Shown in pieces: positions 12,136-25,688 of a DNA stretch of 64,000 bases. A program made the translations under genes and the position numbers. The notes beneath the pieces were generated by a model that searched no databases, had not been told where the DNA came from, and saw nothing but the letters and a program-made list of their open reading frames with translations. Each line of letters begins with the position of its first letter. Positions within the stretch are counted from its first letter, which is position 1. Source of the stretch: Lingula anatina (taxonomy: Eukaryota; Animalia; Brachiopoda); contig CM120649.1 in NCBI GenBank assembly GCA_051362555.1, positions 2,232,001 to 2,296,000 of the forward strand, written 5' to 3'.

Positions 12136-15100
12136 GTAAGGTCGCTCGTTTTTTCTTAAAGTCGCTGTAAAAACTTTGCTGGCGTATGGTTATCCATTTA
12201 GCGAAAATTGGCAAGAATGTTTTCGGACAGCAGCTTTAAAATCGTGTCCGGTTTAGTCGCTTCACTGATGTGTTTTGCTAAGAGTCAGAGAGGGAAGTTA
12301 TAGAAATGAAGTATTTCGATTTAAAAATCTAATGCAGAGTTGTTTTACCCGATCTCTTACACGGTGCTCTCATACAGAACGGGGTTACATTTATCATTTA
12401 TTATCATGTAACATTAATATACGAATATGATATTATCTTTTCATCGCAACACGAATTAGTTGTATAGTACAAGTTTGGAAAAAAAGTTGTATTTAAAGGA
12501 TGTCATCCATTGTTACGACATCCGCAGACTGTGCAATCTATGCCTGGTGTTTATGGAACCTTTTCAAACCTGAATCGATCTCCATTCCCATTATGTGATC
12601 TGGTGCCCGGAATAATCATTTACAATTATCACCGCTACAATGATCAAGTACTTGATTCTTTCCCTATCATACTTCTATATTACTAGATATATTGTCAAAG
12701 GATTTTGATGTTTAAATATTTGAAAATCTATAGAAAGTAGACGGGGACCATTTTCTGCAATATGTAAAGCACAAGAAATGGAATACCGCTTTGTGTTTTT
12801 TTTTTTTTTTTTTGGGGGGGGGGGGGGGGAGGAGGAAGGTGTGAACGTGACAGGAGTTCCTAGGCAAATCGGAGGGAGGGGAGCATGCGGTCCACCTTGT
12901 TCCAATCTTCCGCCGCTGACTGTAATTCTTTCTTGAAATCTGAGCACAAGAGGTATCTATGTTAAAGGAAAACATTCGGAATAGTTTTTACAGAATAGTT
13001 TTTGCAATCCTGAAATAGAAATTTAAGGACTTGCGTACTCTCGCTCTGCGTTTACACTACGTTGAAAAACAAGAGCGCCTCTGGATTTTAAACAGCAATA
13101 AATCGATTATAGATGCTCGTGAATCGTGAAATGCAATCAGTAGCCACCACTTTTTCTTGTATCAACTGGAGTATGCTGCCTAACCCATTATGGCTATCTA
13201 AAATACTTAAGTTTTGCAAAATAGGTAAGTAAAAGAAAAAAGAATTGATAAATAACTGTCAAAATTTGGCCGATGAATAGATATAAAAAGGGAAAACCAA
13301 TAACACACGTCTTATTTGAAAATTAAATCTTGTCGATACATAGCTGTGAAACAGCGTTCCAGGCACGTGGGGTTGTGTACAATACAGTTCTCAGAATATG
13401 GAGATAATCCCTGAAAACAAGTCGGATCGAGTTCGAAATGAATCGCAAAATGCAAACTCTGTATTTTAATATTCAGGAGTGTGATATTCAGGAATCGCTT
13501 TATTTTCGAGTGTAAATGCGACGAAAAAAACACAAGGGTTCAAATTCTGCCATCTCCCCAGAAAACCCCGCCGACATTACTGTGAGGAGCAATAGGTGAC
13601 GAAGATCAAAGGAGCCGCTTCGCGCCGACGCCACATTCTTTAATGCTCAGATAGGACATATTTTTCTCATATTGTTCATATTTTATTATTAAGACCCATA
13701 AAATGAGATAAGATCTGGTATCTAAGAATTATGTTATCAATTTCGTGACAACCGATATCCTTTCTGATTTTACCGTACACGCAGCGACGCTGGGGCGATA
13801 TCAGAGTAACCTTATCTGTTATCGTTAATCCGGGAGTTAAGCTACCCCAGTGAATTAAGATGAAAGAGTCTCACCACAGGAGATAGACCCGTGTGTTAAT
13901 AAGAAAAAAATGCCATCCCCGTAAGATTTTTTTCTTCACTGCGCTCTCGTAAAGTTGATGGCCAACAACACCGGTGCCTTTGTATTTTTCCACCTTTCCC
14001 TCTAAGCGCCGTTCATACCGACCGACTTAAGGAATGGAACTCGCTTGCCCTTCGCCAGCGTGAAGCGAACACAACGGACCCGTTCACTCGAACCGTATTT
14101 TGGACCGATTTTGTTTTCCTCTTCTTCCGTTTTGATTTCACACCCGTGTAAATATGCATGCGACTGGAAGCCTGAGAAATACATCCACGCGGGCTTTGCA
14201 ATTAGGCGAAATTTGATTGCTTTACCATTTGCTACATGCATGACATAAAAATATTACAAATTAAAAGGAAAGTCCAATTCCATCTTTGGTACATGGCATT
14301 TTTCCGCTCTTCCCGTGTAATCGACCTCTTCCAACCAATGAATCAAAAGTTTTTTGCTAGTGTTCCAAGAAATATTACGTATCACACTCATATACATTTT
14401 TCTAACGGATACATCAAATGAATTCTCTGGACGTCAGTGGTGTTAAATCATGCATATAACACTGTTTTTTTATGTTCGTTAACTATACAACGAGTCCGTG
14501 TTTTAGGTCTCTTTACAGCCTCGGGCTTGATATAGAGTTATTATAGGAACCGTGTGAGGAGGGAGTATAGGAGGGGGGAGGGTTAGACCCTTCCTCGATT
14601 TCTTCGATCACGTCAGTCATAAGCGATAGAGGCAAAGGAGGGGGGTGGTTAGGCGATACAGTTTGCTCTCAGTCGTTGCATTCAGAATGGTAAGCACCCA
14701 CCACTTGAAATAATCTGCTTCCTAGACGCCAGAATGAAACAAGAGCTCAACACAACAGCGATCAGAGTGAATGGATCCAAAGAGGAAGTATTTTGACGAA
14801 ATAAAAAAAGGCCCAGAAAAATGTGACCCCGGCCAGGACATAGTTTAGCGGGGCGCAATGGGAAGCTCATTCTGAAGAACGACAAGAGCTTCACATATCT
14901 GAGGCTTCAGCAAGGGGGATGTTCTCCTTACGCACGCGCGGTCTGGAGGTCTGTATGTGTGTGCGTGTGCGTGTGTGCGTGCGCGTGTGTGTGTACATGT
15001 GTGTGTGGGGGTGGGGGGTGGGTGTCCGTGTGTGCGTATGTGAGGGAGGGGGGGACAAGGGAGCCTCAGATCACTTGTTTGTGGGATAATAATTACATCA

Positions 15101-15967
15101 AATATTCACTGGCATATTAACAATTCATATTTAGGGTGGGTAGGAGAGGGGGAGTTGAGGGGGGAGGGGCAGGAGGGGCAGGAGGGGGCACAGGTGAGAG
15201 CTCTGGGGGTGGGAGACCCTTAAGGGTCGAATACGAACTATTATTTACACTATTGGCAGAATGCTGAGGTGATTTTTTTAGCGTTATGACAAAACGAAAT
15301 CAGTTCACACTACTTGCAAAACGCGTTCTCAGGTTCTTTCTCAATTAGGATCAAAACCAAAAATAAGACATGAGGTGATCTTTCTCCGTTCGATCTGCCA
15401 CTGATAATGAGATAGCTTGGCGATTTTCAGGATTGCTAGTTTGGCGGAATTTGCTCCCCTGACCTTGTAATGGCTGTCAGGCTGCAGGTGCGCAGACCCA
15501 TGTTTTTATAATTTATCGTTGTTTACTCTCATCTTTGTCATCCAGTACTCACCTAGTCAAGATTTATTTTGTTTGCTAAATTGTTTTTGATAATCACGAA
15601 TGGTAGCTCGAACGGGTCAGACAAAACAGCCTTTGTGGCAAGTGATTTTTGCAAGCAAAGAAAAACACACTCGAGGAATTCGATACTGGCATGTGTCTTT
15701 ACCATGCGGGTAAATGAGGGCTTCATCAATTGTAGAAAAATCCTCTCATAATCATCTTACTTATGTAAGAATTTCTTTCTCCCTTTCTTGTTTATTTGTT
15801 ATTTGAAATCCTACTTCTTAAAATTTGACATCCCGCGTTTTGCCCTCGCGTTAAGATAAACTTCCTTTGTCCCAACAAAGAAATAAATAATAATTGAAAT
15901 ATGTATCATATAAAATGAGTGTATTTAATCATTTTCGTCTTATACGTCAACGGCGTTCTTGTTTCAG

Positions 15968-15989
15968 AATAACGACGTCGACCAAAGAG
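15968..15989 (+). other. Candidate 22-nt non-coding micro-exon of the Ig gene
   Basis: TTCTTGTTTCAG| AATAACGACGTCGACCAAAGAG |GTAAGT: strong acceptor and consensus donor. Confidence 0.5.
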
Positions 15990-17008
15990 GTAAGTGAATC
16001 GTCGATCCCAACCGAGGTGGGCTCTCAAAGAGGGGGGAACGCCACGAGACAGTAACAACATTCCTTAGTCAATGAACTAGTAGTAGACGTGGTATGCGTA
16101 GTGAAAGAAGTTCACGTATTGGGCGCCGAGCTTAGTATAAAAGCAATCCGAAAACCGTACTCCCGCTAGAACAGTTTAAGAATACCTTACGAGAGCATCC
16201 GAAAACGCTCGAAGACAAAAGCGGCCTAATAAGTCCCACTGTATTTGAGACTTTTATTTGAGACACGAAGATCATAGCAAATAGACGTGAGCTCACTGGA
16301 AGCGACTTCTTGCAAAGTAACGGATACACAGCTTTTTCACATCCAGAGTTTTACTGTACGAAATAACAAGTGTATCATCGGTGGATGAATCCATTGCAAG
16401 TCAGTGCAAATATACATAGTGACGAAAAACAGGATATTTCACTTTCTTCTTAGGAGAGTCCGCATCATTTTCCTACCAAGAACAAGGCTATTCTTGGGTG
16501 AGGGATACTGAGAAAACTGCCCCACCCCCATCCACGTTCTCAGCGACTAAAAGACAGGGGGGATTTCCTTGTGTTTCCCTGGCACCTCCTACGCGGCGGA
16601 TCACGTCTCTATTCCCAACATCCCCGGGGCACAGACACGACTACAAACATTTACAAACCAAGAACGGATATTTATACTCCTCCAAGGCAGAGACAGCACC
16701 GAATACCTACCTAGCGTGACAGCGTCCCCCACACACTTGGCGACACTTGACAGTTTCGCAGAAAGACTTCTCTTACCGCGTGTACTACGTTCAAATTTCA
16801 GCTACTCGACCACCGGGGACCGCTAGGAACGCGCATTCCCGTTTTAGTAGTGTGACCAAGACACATCGCTGACAAAAAAAGTGACACTTCACCGGTGACA
16901 GCCTTAACTTTGTTTTCTATTCCCGGCCGGCTACCAGCTGTTGGGAACACAAGTGTATCATTGTGTTGATTCTTACGGCACAAGAGCAGTAATAACTGTG
17001 ACCTCGAA

Positions 17009-17204
17009 ATGTCTCAGAAACAATACTTTGTACGCGTGGTGTTGATATTGGTTGTGACTGTAATTGTTGTTAACGGCAAGAATGTGAACACGTATTTCAA
17101 GGGGCTGTCGGCGCTGTATCAGGACCCGAAGCGAAATGTTCTGATCGTGAAACCGTGGACGCAGGCAGACCTTCTCAAAGAGATGCAGCCCTGGGATTCT
17201 GAAT
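17009..17204 (+). CDS. Three-Ig-domain IgLON/lachesin/amalgam-like protein, coding exon 1 (signal peptide). Full CDS: join(17009-17204,32042-32145,33933-34158,34434-34603,37165-37279,37559-37749,40701-40839,42730-43157), 522 aa
   Basis: MSQKQYFVRVVLILVVTVIVVNG signal-like N-terminus. Donor T|GTGAGT in phase 1 joins exon 2 in frame (SE-F-GVDF). Confidence 0.8.
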
Positions 17205-17216
17205 GTGAGTAGGAAA

Positions 17217-17222
<6 letters not shown>

Positions 17223-17261
<39 letters not shown>
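17223..17261. repeat. (CT)n microsatellite
   Basis: Direct reading. Confidence 0.95.
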
Positions 17262-17267
<6 letters not shown>

Positions 17268-19642
17268 TGCTGGTGCAGGTAGCTTTTTTACTATCTTGCG
17301 CTGAATAAGTTCTCTCTCTCTGTGTTTGTGCGTCTTTGTGTGCATTCCTGACTACATGATGTGAAATAAGTGCGTGTGCGTTTGTGAGCGCGTGTGAGCA
17401 TGTGCGCGTCAGAACGCATGATCATGTGCGCAGTCATGACGCACGCAAGACGATAAGTGTGCGGGTTTTAAACAGGTGCACGTACGGTTTTTTTTTCTGA
17501 TCGCGGTTTACGATTGAATTTTTATAAACTCTTCAACCTGTCACCGACCTTTATGTACTTTGTCTTCAACTCGTTGCCGAATCACAACACGTAAGTACAC
17601 ACTATGTTACGAAATTCGCTCTATATCTTGATTATGTCAAAATACCCACCTGACAGCCTTAGAAGCACGAGAGGTTTATCTAATGCTAAGGTGACTTTTT
17701 AATCAAGGCTTACAGGTATTGATAATGTCAGGTTTTCTTTCATTTCTGTATTTATCTTTTCTTATTTGAGTAACATACTTTAGATAAACGCTAACAGATA
17801 ATTGCAAGTGTTTGTCGACTGTACATCAACGTGGGGAGCGTTTTTTACACTGGTGAACACATGATCGCTAATGAACCAGACAATTCAGCTTTTTCTTTCA
17901 TCAGTGAATACTCTTGATCTTGTATACGCATCAAATGAAGCATGGCGTATAGCAACTCGCTACCAGAAGCTAGCAGGGTGGTGACGTCATAGCTTGAGCA
18001 AAAAGTCCTCGTGGACGGTACAGAAATGTGGACAGCAGAGACCAAAGATATATCAGTCAATATATAGTGAAAATATTATCTGTGACCCTGACAGAGGGTA
18101 GCGTATATGATATCAGTAGTCTACACACGTACAGAGTATTAATATTTGTTTTGTACAACGCGTATTACTACGTTTTGACAAGAGGCAGCGGCGGATGAAG
18201 AATGAGAGCTGCAATTTAAGAAAATGTCGAAAATGGCAGTCATAATTCCGTGATTGTAAAGAAATATTTAGCAAGTGAGCTGAGGTCTCAGGGAGTCGAC
18301 ATTTTTGTACCACACTACTACACTATAGTAAGTGATATAAACTAGTCAAAAGGCACTGGATGCAGAGACAAACTGTGCCGAATCACAAGGTTTTCTTTTT
18401 GTACTCACTATATCAGACGCTAACCTTCCTTCGCCTCTCATTAGGGTAAAAAACGTAAAAATGTTGCGTCTGTTAACCTTGAGATGAGTTGTCCGGGTCT
18501 GGTGTCGAACGCGTGCCCTTACACAGTGTGCGTTTTTTTATGACTTAGAGCGCCAAATTTGGGAAATAAGTTGGAAATTCCTTTATCTCTGCCTCGAGCG
18601 TTCGTGTCAGTGCAATCAGGCGAAGATTGACCAATTGAGTTCTATTAGTCGTCGATATAATCTTCTTTTTTTTGTCGTCGTCGTCTTCTTCTTCTTCTTC
18701 TGACTTTTTGCAAATTAGTTTTCCCAACACGGTTCTAATAGAATCTTACGTTGTTTGTTGTGTATCCCACCAATCCCGAAACTACAGGTAAGCTAAGCTG
18801 GAAGTTTTCCTTTAATCCCAGTTTTCATATTTTATTTCAATTTTATTTTGATGTTTTGTACCTGTCAATAGCAGCCAGAATAATCAAAACAAGTTGACGC
18901 ACCCCTTTCACTCACCCCCCCCCCCCAAACCCGCCAGCTTGGATCAGCCGATGCAGAACGGATATTGTTTCCTCATATCGAGTTTTCATTTCAAACCTTC
19001 CTTGACAGCATTTTCCAAATCAGTTTGACGTTATTTCATCCTTTTATGCTGACTTATCGTTTCACTCGGCGAGTTATCAGATCATCGTCTTTGTGTCAGC
19101 TGTATTGGGTTGCAGATTAATAGTTACTTTGGTTAGAGGGAAGAATCGCGTAAAAATACGTAATTCCGTCTTGCCTCGAAAGAATGATGCACCTTTGTGA
19201 GCAAATTTAAGATAGTCGACCGTGCGTTGCATTCACCTGTCCTCTAATTTCACAATTTGACAGCCGAAGAACATTAGGACGATATTGGAATGCCGGGCGA
19301 CAAAATGCACCCATCTAACCATTAAATAGTCTAATTTAACTCTGACATTTGTCATCATCGCTGCGGCACTGTTGTCTCGCGCAGACGATGGCTATCAGAC
19401 GACATTTTAGCTTTGTAAATATCGACAGCGCCTGTTTTGGAAGGTCGTACTTAATGTTGCGCTTCGATGTTCACAAATTGAGGAAACATATCGACTTTTA
19501 ACCCATTTTGACCAAACTGTGGTTTGACACGTAGTGACACTGGCTGACACTAGCCTCTTGGTCAGTAATAGCTTTCATTTGTTCTGGTATTGACACACCC
19601 ACTGAAAGTCAAACCAGACGGAATTTTCTCAATGCATAGCCA

Positions 19643-19645
<3 letters not shown>

Positions 19646-19716
<71 letters not shown>
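19646..19716. repeat. Compound (CT)n(CA)n microsatellite
   Basis: Direct reading. Confidence 0.95.
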
Positions 19717-19719
<3 letters not shown>

Positions 19720-20158
19720 TAGATTCATCCTTTTCTATTCGTTCCTTCATAAAGTCTTCCTCCCCCTCCTCTTTCTTCTTCTTCTTCTTCTTCTTTCTCT
19801 ATATTCTCCCTCCTCTATGCTTTATGACCCAATAATATAACCTCATAATTTGTGGTAAACTGACATAACATCTGACATATATCGCCTCTCTCTTCACTGG
19901 GGGCATGCTCAACAATTTCCTCTTATCTGTTGTACCGCCAGGACTTAACAATACTCATCCTGTCTGTTGAAACTTTCTGGCTGTACTGTGTCATTATTGT
20001 TTTTTACTGCTCTCTGTGGGCTATAATATATCTATATACAGTGTGGTTTTATGCCGTGATTCCGTGCATTCCATTCTAAATACCAATGTCTTCCCGTTAC
20101 ATATAATGGCGAAAAAGTCGGTCCAGGTAATGGTGGGATAGAAAGGTTGTGTGTGTGT

Positions 20159-20189
<31 letters not shown>

Positions 20190-20210
20190 GGGCATAGGTC
20201 TATTTCTGAA

Positions 20211-20345
20211 GGGCTCGTTACCAATTAACCTATCGTTCTACGTACTTGTAGATCGATCCAACTCCGCGTGGACTCACGCTGAATGCAATCAGATTGAATT
20301 AAAGCAATGCGGCTTAATCCCTTCCCCCTTAAACTGATGGAATTT
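20211..20345. mobile_element. Partial 'GATCGATC' family MITE
   Basis: GGGCTCGTTACCA...GTAGATCGATCCAACTCCGCGTGGACTCACGCTGAATGCAATCAG matches the left arm of the other copies. Confidence 0.7.
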
Positions 20346-23206
20346 CGGCTCTGAGGTTTAATTGCTAGGCCCCTGCAGGGACGGCGCGTGTGGAGGCCGG
20401 GAGACCATCAAGGAATTAGGCAGCATTGCTTTTTAGAGGGGTCGGCCATATTAAGTCCGCGGATCAGTTAGTCTGTTCTGAATGCGACCTGAGCAGGCAA
20501 TTTTATGGCTGGATGTTGATCCAATCTTTCTTTTGTTATATCATTTTATGACTCCTTGTGACATCTAGTTTTATGGACGATAGTCCATTATTTCACCGTA
20601 AACATGAATAAAGATTCGAATCATGTAATGAAACACTGGTAGTTGTCCCCATTAATAAATAACAAAGTATTAATTGCATTTTGCCTTAAGCTGCAGACTT
20701 GACATCAATATATACTTATATGCATTTGTATGTATTGTAACCAGAATCCCATGCACCTTCTACCAGATAAATTATGTGCACTTTTCTCCATAAGATATGT
20801 ACCATGGATTAGACAGAGACATTATCTGTGAATATCTGGTGAAAATTCAATCTGCGGCCTTGGTAGAGAGTACCAGAATTCACCGTTTACCATAGTGATG
20901 ATATCTGTTCGAACCTTTATCGAAGAAGGAACCGGATCGGCTCGTGGCGAGTAAAGAAAGCAACTCTGTGCAAAAGCATCATTTTTTTGTTAACTTTTCA
21001 CGAAAAAAAAGAAAGAATGAAAGAAAGAAACGCATCACTAAGGCCGTTTTCTTTTTCTTGGTCACGTGTAAGGGGTAAAAGCTAATGCAGCCGGGCCACA
21101 AGCCGGGATTGGAAGATTAACAAAAAAGTTACAATAAACGAAATAAAGATAAAGGTAAATGAGCTGCGACCCATGGAGCGCGATGTCAGCTCTTGTTTTC
21201 TTGTACATCCTTCTCTGAGCACGTCTTAGATGGTATTACATTTGTCTTTTCACGGGCTGTAGCAATCACAACAGTCGCTTCAGTTTTGAACAGGCAGTGA
21301 ATCTTTCTTTTTAAACGCCATTGTTGCTCGGTCGTTCATGACTAAATGCAATTTATGCAATCTACTCAATTTTGAATACGAGCTTTTAACCGACTGAAAT
21401 GCGACTGTCCGACGTCAGTTGTCGCAACAGTATGTCATCTTGACCTTATTGTCGGAATATATGCTCTTATTTCGTGTTTACGACGCGATTTTAATACTGA
21501 AATGTTTCACTCATGTTCGGGAGAGTGGTTTTAATCAAATTTATCGTTTCGATGTGTGACGGAGCATTTGGATTTTGTTTGTGGTCTTTCTCTCTCTCTC
21601 TTTCTCTCTCTCTGCGTGTGATCACTATTAAAACGAACTCGTTTTCTTTGAAATCTATCACGTAAAATGCAGACTGTCGTTAGTTCAATTTCGTCTGCGC
21701 CAAGTACAAATGTTGAACACGGGCTCATGTCTACTTAAACATACAGTCCTGTCTTTTAAATTAGACGTTTAAGGGAGATGGCATAGAACGCTCTGATTCC
21801 TCTGCAAGTAAGTTAATTAGTCAAAGTGACGGTTTTAGACGTAAGTGGCAGTAGGGCCAAAAAGGTTGCGAAATCTACAGCTCATTTCGTCAATTTTTAA
21901 AAATCTTATAGTTTTCTTTGCCTTTTTGTTCCTTTTCTGAACAATTACAGTTCCATGGGGTCCCTTAACGTTGGTTAGGAAACAAGCAATTCCTTGTCCT
22001 TGTTAGGTGCCTGATGCAAGTTATAATATGGTCTTTACGCAAATTCAAACACGCATCAAATGTGACCTAAGTTCCTCAAGATGATCTGCTTGAGGTCATT
22101 CGGTATTCAAATCTTGAAAATATTTTTTCAAGGTAGTTCAAGTCTAGGCGAATTGGTCAGTGAATAAGACGAAAAACCACAAGTTATTTATTCAAAAAAT
22201 ATCCCGTCGTCCTTTAAGCGCTGCGTCGTCTGCGTCTCTCAAAGGGACCCTGCTTCTGCACAGAAACAGGACCATATGCAGATGAGGGGGGGGAGGGAGG
22301 CTGGGTTTCAGCAGGAAAAAGATCCGCTCTGAATCAAAATTTGAACTAGGTTCTGTGTTATTTCTCAAACGGCTTTTATTGCTGTTTCCCAACGATAATT
22401 CTAGTACAGGTAGATAAGTTTTATGAAAAATCTTGACGCACTGGTCAACGAAGAAAGTGTCTGGGTCTAGCGTTCATGTTGCCCAGCTCCGCTAACCGAT
22501 TTTTTTTCTTTGAGATTGGACTCCCCCCCTCTCTCCCCTTCCAAAAATTATCTTTCCAATCGGCATGTGATGGCTCCCCTACATTCTGTCCAGCTTCAAA
22601 AGGACCATGTTACTGACCGATGTTAGCCACAATAAGCTGTTACCGAATGAAATGCGATGAATCTCGTGGAAAATTGAGATGGAGAAGGAAAAAAAGAGAA
22701 GATGCTGAACTCGAAACTCCACATCTTGCTTGTTTGCTGGTCCTTTTCTTGTTTGTTGGGGTATTCGATGATTTGGTGACATATTTGGGTTATTCTCTTA
22801 GAGGCTGGAAGACAAAGAGGGCATTTTATCGAAAGAAATCTGACGAAATGTATTGGAAAACTGAGAATGATAGACCGGACAAAAAGCACGCTGATGCGAT
22901 TTCACTGCTAACCAACAGATATGTTAACAAACAAGAAATGACCAAACAAACAAGCAAACTTGTGTAGTTTCAAATTCATGACGTGTGTTAACTCAGAGGC
23001 AGGGGACGGGCACGTTTGTTTAGTGGACATTTCATCGTGGTTATTTGACACTTTGTCCAATTGTCGAACCCTTGATGCCACTTTGTAGTGATGTTTTGCT
23101 GTCCCTACTGTCATTGTGTTTGGATGCCTATATGTCTACCCTCTTCACTTCCCTCTCTCGCTCCCTCCATCCATCCATCTCTCTCTCTCTCTCTCTCTCT
23201 CTCCCC

Positions 23207-23245
<39 letters not shown>

Positions 23246-24146
23246 CATCCCCCCTCCCTCCATCTCTCTCTCTCTCTCTTTTTGTTGCTAACAAAAACAT
23301 TGATACATAAACGAACAGGTGACCTCGTTCACATAAGATGTACCCTTGTGCCCTCCCCTAGATACGGAGCTTAAACAATTGGCGCACGGAACCCTGGGGC
23401 ATATTAAATTTACTGTTTAATAATCTAAAAAAGCCAGTCTTAAAGTCAATCATTACAGTCAGAATTGACAACACAGCTGGCGTACAACACGAAAACAAAC
23501 GGAAAGAAAATATTTGGCAATTAATAGGATAAATGTTATTTCAAGGAGGTGGTTGTGTATGAAAGTATAAAAATACTTGTGTAACAAGATAAGGTTATCA
23601 TAAAGCTTTCTTGGTTTGCGAACTTGACGATAAAAAGATGTGGTAACAAGTAGAGAATCTGTCTTCAATCGAATAAAAACACTGACCAAAGCCTCAGTAG
23701 TACTCGTTCAAAGATTTACTGCACATTAACAACCGATGTGCACTTAACCATATCAGTGATAATTAGAAACAAAGCAGTGAAGAAGATGGTATTAATAAAA
23801 AAAAAAGACCGCGCAGAAACAAACGTATTAAATGCTTTGGATATCCATGATTTTTCTCGTGTTTAAGATTCTTGGTCCGCAACCATTGGTGAACCACCTG
23901 GGAGATATGATGTGCTTTTAATTTGATTTCTCTACCCTCCGGTGAGGGTTTGTCAACAAGCTACAGGAGTGGGCGTGTCTTGAATGGGCAGAAGTAATGA
24001 ATTGTGAACCCCGTATCAACTGGTGCAGGTTGGGCAAAAAATTGAAATGACTACCAGGTGCAGGCGTGCAAAATGTGTGCGAGAATGATTCGATTGTGCG
24101 ATTCGTTTGCCTTTCAACGACGTGAGTGCTTAGACAACCGCGCACA

Positions 24147-24174
24147 CGTGTGTGTGTGTGTGTGTGTGTTTGTT

Positions 24175-24226
<52 letters not shown>
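24147..24226. repeat. Compound (TG)n(AG)n microsatellite
   Basis: Direct reading. Confidence 0.95.
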
Positions 24227-24230
<4 letters not shown>

Positions 24231-25642
24231 TAAAGAGAGAGAGAAATCCACTTTGTAAAGTTTATCTGAAATACGCGATGCTATGTCACAACACTTCTTT
24301 AATGGAATCAGAGCTCCCAGAAAATGTTGTTGCGTATGGTTCTTATTAAGGTTGGCGCATTCGTTGCCTTATAACTCATGAGTCTTTGATGAAAATTACT
24401 CAAGGCAACATAAGCACATGCGCTGGAAGTACTTTTGAATGATCTCGGCAATTCAAGACAGCATTTCACAACTGTTACAAAGTTTGGCGAAGGGAGGTAT
24501 AATACAAATTGAAAAAAAAAGCTCAAAGAAGTTTCGCACCTGTTTTTGGCATTCTAGAACGCAGCGTGACGTCATTGTGATAGCAAGTTACCCCGAGGTT
24601 CTGACGGTGACAGGGCCTCCCCTTCCATTTACCTAGTTTTTTTTTTTTTTTTTTTTTTTGCAACATTGAAATCTCAATACACTAAGACAGAAACACTTTA
24701 GCTCGGTTGTATTAAAATAAAATAGTTAACTGCCGCACATATGCCCCGTTGGTACAAAGTAACGAATTCAAATGTGGATACTTTATTTGGTCTGTGATAT
24801 CTGTGTGATATTCAGTGGTAAAAATGGCTGCTCATTTCAGGATATGTAACTACTTAGAGGTAACACATGAACCTCTAAACTAGCATATTTAAAACTAAAT
24901 ATAAAATACGATAACTTTGTAACAAACTACTAGCGGACCCTGTGGTCAAAGAGTAGGCCTATGTAAGGATAACAATTTTATCCAAAGGACAGAGTTTTCC
25001 ATAGGATTAGACTGGGCCTTGTTGATACAGAGCCGTCACACTAGCTAATTAAACGCCGTTATTATAATAGAACGACATCACTCTGAATTGCTAGCAGTTT
25101 GTATTACAAGTGCGATCTATGTATGATATTTCTCTTGTGGCACTTGCACCAGACACCGACCAGACGGCCGTGTTGTTAAAACGCTCGTGTCCTCGTTAAG
25201 TTCAACCAGCCGCGGCGTCACCCGACCCGTACTCAGGCCCTCGTGGTGGCAGTTCGATTTCTGATAGAATGTGAAAATTGAAAGCAAACATGGCGTCTAG
25301 GGTTGCACAAACAGTTACATCACATGGACGAGTGAGTTCGGTGCCGGTGAGATAGTGAGGCCTACATGTGTGGTAGTGGTGGAACGTGATGGCATGATCC
25401 CCCCTCGCCCTCCCCCTCCGGGTCCTGTTTAACACCACCCCGTCCCGGGGGTGTCTCATGTCGCTTGGTGTCATAAAAATGGAAGCATGTTTACTAGTAT
25501 TTGCTGCGACGGTGTTTGCGTTTGTGCCCATGTCGGTGTATTGATTTGCGCGCGTGTACATGTATGTGTGCGTACATCCGCGCAGACGTGTGCACACGCA
25601 TGCAGGTGGACGGAAAAGAATAGGCCTAACCCTTTGTTCTTG

Positions 25643-25688
<46 letters not shown>

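Noticed and set aside
25200-25460. GC-rich intronic patch as a possible enhancer or ncRNA (similar patches near 9900-10060 and 20340-20420)
   Set aside because: Only base composition supports it; no structure, splice sites or conservation can be shown from this sequence alone.
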